Positions 7,287-13,222 of a stretch of DNA of 13,222 nt are shown piece by piece. The DNA comes from Candidatus Thorarchaeota archaeon (GTDB lineage Archaea; Asgardarchaeota; Thorarchaeia; Thorarchaeales; Thorarchaeaceae), in NCBI GenBank assembly GCA_016839605.1, contig JAEOTX010000135.1, positions 1 through 13,222 of the forward strand. The letters are read 5' to 3'. The notes under the pieces are model-generated. The model saw nothing but the letters and a program-made list of their open reading frames with translations, made no database searches and was not told the origin of the DNA. Both the position numbers and the translations under genes were made by a program. How positions within the stretch are numbered: the first letter of the stretch is position 1; each line of letters begins with the position of its first letter.

Positions 7287-8117
7287 TTACTGTTCAGTGA
7301 CAACTTCAAAGACTGCATTGTCACTCCAATCGGTATCGATTCCTAGTTTTGCACGAATTAGGGCCTCGTAGTCCGGATTTATCTCATAGCCGATAGAGTT
7401 GCGTCCAAGTTTCCTTGCCACTGCCATAGTGGTCCCAGTGCCTGCAAAGGGATCAAGCACTGTGTCCCCAACAAAGGAGTAGAGTCGAATACATCTGCGT
7501 GGAAGCTCCTCTGGAAAGGGAGCTGGATGCTTCTCATGTTTTGCTGATGCAGGCTGGAATTCCCAAATCGAGTTTTGAGCCCAATTGGTAAACTCTTCAT
7601 GACTGATTACTGATAATTCTTTGACTTCGCTGCTGACTGGGGAACGCTTGCCTTCCTTTGAGAAGACTACAATCCACTCATAGGGGTACGACGCCAAGAT
7701 GTTTGGAGGATGGGGATAAGATCCCCACGAACTGAATCGCGCCGCCTTGCGCTTGTCCCAGATAAATAGAGAATGAAAATACACGTTGCCTAACGAGTCC
7801 ATGAAGGCTTCTAGGTCAGTAATGACTGTCTTTGTAATCCGGCGTTTGAATTTCGATTTCTTCCCGGTTAGAAAGAGTGGCATGATGTTTATTATCAGCT
7901 TGCCATCAGGGACTAATTTCTTCACACACTCCTTAAACACCAAACAAATCTCTGAGAGGTATTCTTCATAGGATGCAGATCCTAGGCCAATTTCCACATT
8001 ATCGCCATAGTCCTTTAGACGCCAGTATGGAGGGGAGGTCACAATGAGATGAACGGATTCGTCCATCACATGGTCCATGCTTCGGCTGTCTCCAATGACG
8101 ACTAGGTGCTTTGTCAT
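7287..8117 (-). CDS. Beta-class amino (probably N4-cytosine) DNA methyltransferase
   Basis: Motif IV VTSPPY near the N-terminus; HPAPFPEELPRRCI..VLDPFAGTGTT (motif I) ..GYEIN near the C-terminus. Confidence 0.92.
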   Translation of the reverse strand: MTKHLVVIGDSRSMDHVMDESVHLIVTSPPYWRLKDYGDNVEIGLGSASYEEYLSEICLVFKECVKKLVPDGKLIINIMPLFLTGKKSKFKRRITKTVITDLEAFMDSLGNVYFHSLFIWDKRKAARFSSWGSYPHPPNILASYPYEWIVVFSKEGKRSPVSSEVKELSVISHEEFTNWAQNSIWEFQPASAKHEKHPAPFPEELPRRCIRLYSFVGDTVLDPFAGTGTTMAVARKLGRNSIGYEINPDYEALIRAKLGIDTDWSDNAVFEVVTEQ

Positions 8118-8121
8118 GGCG

Positions 8122-9216
8122 TCATCTGCTCCGACTTAGGTCCCAAACAATGACCTGCTCCTTTCGTTGCGTATTGTTGATCTTGTCCCATATCTTGCTA
8201 GGAGTATTCGTGTACGCTCTCTCAACGGTATATGACTCACTCCAAGGTGCAATCTCTGCAAAGAACTCAGACCCACGAATCAGTTCCCTGCGGACCATTC
8301 TGTCCCCAACAACAAATATGATGATGGCGTCTTTCTTAACGACTCTGTCAATCGCCTTCAGAGCCCTTGCCATATCATCTCTATAAGTCGAGTATCTCTG
8401 AATGAGTCCATCACGAATGAGTCCACGGTCCACCCCCAGAACCCCTAGGACTATCTTCGTGTAGTACCCAGTGTAGTCAAGCGCGTCAAAATAAGGCGGA
8501 CTGGAGTAAACAACATCAATAGAGTTCTCAGGGACTATGTCGTGGATTCGCCTGGCATCATACTGATGGATTGTCGCGTGAGGACTGCCTCTGACATAGA
8601 TAATGTGTTTGTGGGCTTTGCGCATCAATATCTTGTAGAAGTCTACTTGACGAAGAGGTGGATTGAGTTTTCCAATTGATGTTGAGGTCCAAATCCAGCC
8701 ATTGCATGCACGAGCTGCGACGCAGATAGAACCGTAAAAGACCGACTTCTCATATGCAGAAAAGTCTTCAGACACGTTTAGCATTCTCATTATCTGATCT
8801 GCAGTGTCTGGATGAAAGTAACAAGCAGGCTCGGCCGGCATAGAGGGGTATGATTTTGATTTTTGTGCGGCTTCTACCGCCGATTCTAAATGATTTATCG
8901 TCGCATCCATATTGACCCGTTCGGTTTTACCACGCGCTACTGTACATGCAAGGGGATTGTTATCAACTCCAATGGCGCTCATCCCTTTTGCCTGCGCTTC
9001 ATAGATAATTGTGCCTGTCCCACAGAAGGGGTCTAAAAGGGTGTTAGTGGAACGGAGCTGACTTATGACATGAGCCGCATCAATAGCAGACATCTTTCCG
9101 CGATAGGGGTATATTCCGTGGATTGATTTGGGATTGCTTACCTTCTCAAAACTCCTTAGGGTGATGGTCGGACTAATCCTAGTGGGGCTGTATCCTGAAA
9201 CCCTAGTTTCCTGCAT
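8122..9216 (-). CDS. Alpha-class amino (probably N4-cytosine) DNA methyltransferase
   Basis: HGIYPYRGKM (motif X), LLDPFCGTGT (motif I), GVDNNPLA, then DAR..IDVVYSSPPY (motif IV) and FVVGD. The ORF is open to 9294, overlapping the upstream gene, but the ATG at 9216 is the likelier start. Confidence 0.88.
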   Translation of the reverse strand: MQETRVSGYSPTRISPTITLRSFEKVSNPKSIHGIYPYRGKMSAIDAAHVISQLRSTNTLLDPFCGTGTIIYEAQAKGMSAIGVDNNPLACTVARGKTERVNMDATINHLESAVEAAQKSKSYPSMPAEPACYFHPDTADQIMRMLNVSEDFSAYEKSVFYGSICVAARACNGWIWTSTSIGKLNPPLRQVDFYKILMRKAHKHIIYVRGSPHATIHQYDARRIHDIVPENSIDVVYSSPPYFDALDYTGYYTKIVLGVLGVDRGLIRDGLIQRYSTYRDDMARALKAIDRVVKKDAIIIFVVGDRMVRRELIRGSEFFAEIAPWSESYTVERAYTNTPSKIWDKINNTQRKEQVIVWDLSRSR

Positions 9217-9225
9217 GGTAGGAGG

Positions 9226-9268
9226 AGTATGACTCAGTGTACTAAAACATGTGTAATAGTATGAGTCA
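9226..9268. promoter_or_regulatory. Repeated AGTATGA(C/G)TCA motifs flanking a TATA-like box upstream of the methyltransferase pair
   Basis: AGTATGACTCA at 9226-9236 and AGTATGAGTCA at 9258-9268. The - strand TTTTAG (9247-9242) lies between them, about 26-31 nt before ATG 9216. Confidence 0.4.
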
Positions 9269-9286
9269 ATGATTGTGCTAGTCAAG

Positions 9287-10048
9287 TCAACCATAGAATC
9301 GATCTATAGCCTTGATTGTAGCCTCTATCTCTTTCTCTACTGCTTCGACCAACAGAGGGTCCTGTTCGCCTGACTCTTCAGACTCGTCAGTCTGCTCGAC
9401 CTTCTGGGCTCCATGTAGATTACCATCACAGGCTAAAATGGAGGCTGCTTCGAGCCCACGGGTTGTAGCAAATACAAAGAGAAAGGAACTCTCCATCTCC
9501 ACACACTTTACTTTGGCTCGAGTCCACATGTCTAGCGGATTCTTTTCAGGACTGACATAGTACACATCACTAGTCCAACAGATGCCTTGATGAATCCTAT
9601 CGGCAGGTAGCAGTTTTGATATCTCTTCATGCAGAGCAACTGCCCATTTTGGAGTTGCCACTGCAGGGTATTCCATGGGCGCGTAGTTGAGTCCAGTTCG
9701 TTCATCACGAATCGCACCCGTAGGAACGACTACATCACCAGTCTTCACAGAGGGTTCAATTCCGCCACATGAGCCAATTCGGATAATGACTTCAGGGCCA
9801 AGCCTCGACAGTTCTTCAACACAGATATGAGTTGAAGGAGTGCCTATACCGGTGCCAGCCATTGTAACTGCGACTCCCTTTGGAGTGTATGCACGATATG
9901 TGACAAATCCGCGATACCGCGCAACCTCTTCAGGATCCTTCATCTTGGATGCCATGACGGGAATTCTGTCTGGATTTCCTGCGATCAGTACTACCTTTTC
10001 GACATCGCCTTCGCCTACTCTCAGATGTGGTTGTATTCTACGCTTCAA
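9287..10048 (-). CDS. Nucleoside phosphorylase (uridine/purine nucleoside phosphorylase, NP-I family)
   Basis: QPHL, AGNPDR, GTGIGTPS, IRIGSCGG, GAIRDE, VEMES. TTG start with an AGGTGA RBS. Substrate specificity cannot be resolved. Confidence 0.9.
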   Translation of the reverse strand: MKRRIQPHLRVGEGDVEKVVLIAGNPDRIPVMASKMKDPEEVARYRGFVTYRAYTPKGVAVTMAGTGIGTPSTHICVEELSRLGPEVIIRIGSCGGIEPSVKTGDVVVPTGAIRDERTGLNYAPMEYPAVATPKWAVALHEEISKLLPADRIHQGICWTSDVYYVSPEKNPLDMWTRAKVKCVEMESSFLFVFATTRGLEAASILACDGNLHGAQKVEQTDESEESGEQDPLLVEAVEKEIEATIKAIDRFYG

Positions 10049-10135
10049 CTAACTCACCTGACACTAGTATTCTTGTGCTTAACCTGCTTTTCACTGTTAG
10101 GCTAAGCGTATGTCAAGAGGGCAGGATTGGAATGT

Positions 10136-10324
10136 TTACGCATTAAGGATTCGACCAAAAATGCAGTCAGCGCATACCCATTTGTTGCCCACATTAAACA
10201 CCCGACCAAATCTGGGAAGCATCGTTCCGCAGTCATTGCATGGAGTAATCTTGGATTTGAAGTTCTCTGTAAGAAACACCAAGAAAAGAGACAGCATGTT
10301 CATTCTTGGTTTTGTGACCTGCAA
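10136..10324 (-). CDS. Small C4 zinc-finger microprotein
   Basis: PCNDCG..x..WVCADC (two CxxC pairs). Possible RBS GAAGTGA before the TTG at 10324; the start could be further downstream. Confidence 0.6.
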   Translation of the reverse strand: MQVTKPRMNMLSLFLVFLTENFKSKITPCNDCGTMLPRFGRVFNVGNKWVCADCIFGRILNA

Positions 10325-10451
10325 ATGTATTCACTTCCTCAGACCTATCCTAAGATGCCGCCTTATTAGGCCCTATAGAAGTCAATCCCTGCAGCGTTTA
10401 CAACAGATACGCTTTTCTTGTTGAGAGCATCAGGCGTAGGGTGAACTGACA

Positions 10452-10835
10452 ATGACAGAGAGCGTCAAATTCCAATACTACTGCTATCGATGCGGTGCGT
10501 TGAACTCTCTAGACCTCCCAAGTCCAACGGCGCCTGATTACCATCACACAGATCTCAAGTGTAGTTCATGCGGAGATGGCACGAGGCTGATGATAAGTAA
10601 CTGTCCCAATGAAAGCTGTACTCATTATGTGTATTGGATAAATGATCTTTCGATTCCCGATCTTGTAAAGAGCTTTGCGAAGTACATGACAACCAACATG
10701 CAAGCCTTGATAGACAAAGCTGCAATCCAAGGTGCAAGGCTAAGCATTGATACGCCAGATAAGTTCCAGATTCCAGCAGCCTGTCCTTGTGGTTCTCAGT
10801 TCAACGTCGAGATTGAAATTCCAGACTTGGATTAG
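10452..10835 (+). CDS. Uncharacterised double zinc-ribbon protein
   Basis: CYRCG, CSSCG, CPNESC and CPCG give 8 Cys in 4 pairs. GGGTGA RBS at 10439-10444. Confidence 0.8.
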   Translation: MTESVKFQYYCYRCGALNSLDLPSPTAPDYHHTDLKCSSCGDGTRLMISNCPNESCTHYVYWINDLSIPDLVKSFAKYMTTNMQALIDKAAIQGARLSIDTPDKFQIPAACPCGSQFNVEIEIPDLD

Positions 10836-10850
10836 AAAGTGAGCTCCACC

Positions 10851-12149
10851 TCAACAGTAGTAGTATCCAATGAAACTCTCCTGTTTTGGAAACAGCGTGG
10901 CGATCAGCGACTTGACTGGACCGGCAACTAGGAAATCGATATTCTGATGCCCGAGTTCTTCTAAGTCATACTGACCAAGGAGTAGTCGAACGAAGTCATT
11001 GGGCGGCGTTCTGAAGCTCGTATTCTTTCCATCTTCATGGATTCCGAGATCTCTGATCTGTCTTATCTTGCCTCCTTGGAAATCCAATACGTAGCAGTGT
11101 CTGTATGTGTTGATTGTTACTTCTTGAGTAAGACCCTCGAACATGGATTTTCGTAGACGTTTTTCTAGCACAGGTCGGACTCGTTTCAAGAATCGGACCA
11201 TATCTGGGATACGAAGTTGGTGCTTCCATCCTTTACTTAGAACACCTTGCAAGTCCAGTCCAACCTTCGAGAGATTACTGACCAGAGCTCCTGAGAGAGC
11301 AAGCCGTGGAAGGTTCTTCTCTGCACATTGCTGTCGCAGGTACTCTAAGGTCCGTCTTACACCATCATATGTCCTGATGCTACTCTCTATCACATCAAGA
11401 AATCCAGCTGCAGGGTCAGTTTTGTTCTCTCTAACAACCAATCGAAAGTATCCCTCGATATCCAGGCCTCTCTTGACAATATAGGTGGTGAACTCCTTAT
11501 CATACTCTCTTCTTGCTCGCTCCTGAATCTCCCACAACTCTGTATTTCTTGCTGTAGATATTAGCGTGCAGCGCCTCAATTCCTCATACAGATTCATTAT
11601 GGTATCAAGATCTTTCTTGGCTGCACGACGCACCGAGAGTTTCATCCAACCAGGTTTTTCCTTAGGGGAAACGGTTGGTATCTGACTAGGCATCAGAAAT
11701 ACAGATCGCCATGCTGGAATGAGAAAGTCATATCCAAACTGGCGATAATAGTAAGGGATACCCTGAATGGTAGAGATCTCATATTTCCCGCGATGAAACT
11801 CCCTCTCAAAGAATTCCCTGTAGAGCGCTCTGATGAGCCCCATATTGCGGTACTCTGGCAGGGTCCCAACGAAACCTAGCTCTAGATTTCGCAGAGGAAT
11901 ACCTTCATAGGCCCAAGTGCTGGGAATCCCATTTAACGTGGAAACAATAACTCCCTTATCTGAATCACGAATGAACCAGTTCATCTCCCTGCCAAATCCT
12001 GGCAGGTTCTCAATGATCCGCCTCAGTTCTTCGCCATCCTGAGGCTCGTGTATCGTCGAGTTGAATGTGATAAGCTCTTCAAGTTCCTCATCCGTTTCGA
12101 CGGTGCCAAACTCAAGACCATCAGGCAAAGGGGCGATTGTTTTCATCAT
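10851..12149 (-). CDS. Eis-like GNAT acetyltransferase (tandem GNAT domains plus SCP2-like C-terminus)
   Basis: LGFVGTLPEYRNMGL (acetyl-CoA motif A), GIPYYYRQFGYD, LRIPDMVRFL, and C-terminal FVRLLLG..LIATLFPK. The ORF is open to 12248; the ATG at 12149 (GAAGTGA upstream) avoids overlap with mig. Confidence 0.88.
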   Translation of the reverse strand: MMKTIAPLPDGLEFGTVETDEELEELITFNSTIHEPQDGEELRRIIENLPGFGREMNWFIRDSDKGVIVSTLNGIPSTWAYEGIPLRNLELGFVGTLPEYRNMGLIRALYREFFEREFHRGKYEISTIQGIPYYYRQFGYDFLIPAWRSVFLMPSQIPTVSPKEKPGWMKLSVRRAAKKDLDTIMNLYEELRRCTLISTARNTELWEIQERARREYDKEFTTYIVKRGLDIEGYFRLVVRENKTDPAAGFLDVIESSIRTYDGVRRTLEYLRQQCAEKNLPRLALSGALVSNLSKVGLDLQGVLSKGWKHQLRIPDMVRFLKRVRPVLEKRLRKSMFEGLTQEVTINTYRHCYVLDFQGGKIRQIRDLGIHEDGKNTSFRTPPNDFVRLLLGQYDLEELGHQNIDFLVAGPVKSLIATLFPKQESFIGYYYC

Positions 12150-12219
12150 AGTGTTGTCACTTCGTTGGTGTTTCTGGTATTGGGTCAGGAACATTTCTGC
12201 AAACCCACATACTGCAATA

Positions 12220-12885
12220 TCATTTTGGGTTGGCCGTGTAAAAGTCACAGGAACAAGATAGGGGACAGATGTTGCAACGAGGATTCCGTCTCAGGCATGT
12301 AGTGCTCACCAGATCGATTATTCCCCAATACAACCTCTTGTCTTGCGATTCGGCAAAGGTCCTCATGAATTCCCAAATCGCATTATCTGTAGGTCCTGAA
12401 ATTCCAAGCGAAAAGAGTCGATTCATGAGGTGGACCACATTACCATCTGCCAGGGGCTCAGAAGCACCAAAAGCGAAGTTCATCACAGCTGCAGCAGCAT
12501 AACGACCAACACCAGGAAGCGCCTCAAGGGATGCTAAGTCATTAGGGACTACTCCATTATGTTCTGTGAGCAATATCCTTGCCATCTGCTTCATATGATG
12601 TGCTCTCATTGTTTGAAGTCCAACAGTAGATAGAGCCCTTTCAATTGTGGACTTCCGAGCCTTTGCCAATCGCTCCAGAGAGTCGAACCGACCTATGAAC
12701 TTCTCATATATTCGAGACACTGCCGCTGCAGTAGTTCTTCTCAGAAGCATCTCTGCAATCAGAATCTGAAATGGATTGCTGGTAATTCGCCATGCGAAAT
12801 CACGACCACTTTTCTCGTACCACTTGATGATTACTCTCCGAACAAATCTTAATCGATTACCATTGAGAAGCGGCGCTTCTCCCAT
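12220..12885 (-). CDS. mig: HhH-GPD DNA glycosylase, MIG type (T:G/U:G mismatch glycosylase), with [4Fe-4S] motif
   Basis: RDFAWR..PFQILIAEMLLRRTT (RRT as in Mig.MthI, where MutY has QQT), HhH LPGVGRY, ADGN, and C-x6-C-x2-C-x5-C (CLRRNPRCNICPLSCSC). Confidence 0.85.
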   Translation of the reverse strand: MGEAPLLNGNRLRFVRRVIIKWYEKSGRDFAWRITSNPFQILIAEMLLRRTTAAAVSRIYEKFIGRFDSLERLAKARKSTIERALSTVGLQTMRAHHMKQMARILLTEHNGVVPNDLASLEALPGVGRYAAAAVMNFAFGASEPLADGNVVHLMNRLFSLGISGPTDNAIWEFMRTFAESQDKRLYWGIIDLVSTTCLRRNPRCNICPLSCSCDFYTANPK

Positions 12886-12898
12886 GTCCTCGCCTCAT

Positions 12899-13222
12899 TC
12901 ATCCAAGCATGGACTTGATTCTCTCGACAATCTCATCGAGTGTTGCTACTACGGTTATGCCTTCCATCTCACGCAATCGAGACACGTTTTCGAGGTCAAC
13001 CTTTCTAGCCCTTATCTTGAATTTCTTTCCATTGGGTGCTACAGTTTCTATCTCTCCTGGAACCTGATCTACTGGTAGGAGAACAATAGGGGTCTTCCCT
13101 TTAGCGCACTGAGCCACTGCATTTGTGAGAAGTGTATCCTCAATCCCATAGGCAATCTTGGCTGCTGAGTTCGCAGTTAGGGGTGCCACAATAAGTAGGT
13201 CCCATTTGCCCATCTGAAGAGG
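12899..13222 (-). CDS. afpA: Archaeoflavoprotein AfpA family (HFCD flavoprotein), 3' part; the start is beyond the right edge
   Basis: GKWDLLIVAPLTANSAAKIAYGIEDTLLTNAVAQ..PVDQ..ETVAPNG..RKVDLENV..LREMEGI. The frame is open to the window end. Confidence 0.85.
   Translation of the reverse strand, partial: PLQMGKWDLLIVAPLTANSAAKIAYGIEDTLLTNAVAQCAKGKTPIVLLPVDQVPGEIETVAPNGKKFKIRARKVDLENVSRLREMEGITVVATLDEIVERIKSMLG

Noticed and set aside
9217-9294. N-terminal extensions of the alpha MTase (to 9294) and of the GNAT (to 12248)
   Set aside because: They overlap upstream genes and look non-protein-like; downstream ATGs (9216, 12149) have better promoter or RBS context.
1594-13078. Numerous 60-117 aa ORFs overlapping the main genes
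   Set aside because: Shadow or alternative-frame ORFs of well-supported genes, with no motifs of their own.

Overview
Archaeal chromosomal window; the gene content and rRNA style are most consistent with an Asgard lineage such as Thorarchaeia (inference, not verified). From the left: the 5' ~1 kb of a 23S rRNA gene (- strand) that is not preceded by 16S but has its own structured leader and tandem promoter candidates; a bacterial-type RNase PH gene; a divergent two-gene unit encoding a nucleotidyltransferase-HEPN-HEPN fusion (catalytic DxD changed to DxN) and a 182-aa protein that resembles the REC/WED half of a TnpB/Cas12f with the RuvC nuclease missing; a stand-alone 7-blade WD40 protein; a membrane-anchored glutaminyl-cyclase-like M28 protein; a geranylgeranyl reductase; two tandem SPPY DNA methyltransferases with no neighbouring restriction enzyme; a nucleoside phosphorylase; two divergent small Cys-rich zinc-finger proteins; an Eis-like GNAT; a MIG-type T:G mismatch glycosylase; and the 3' part of an archaeoflavoprotein AfpA gene. 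The most novel-looking element is the RuvC-less TnpB/Cas12f-like gene and its MNT-HEPN partner. No CRISPR array, tRNA or intact IS element was seen. All family calls come from motif recognition by eye.
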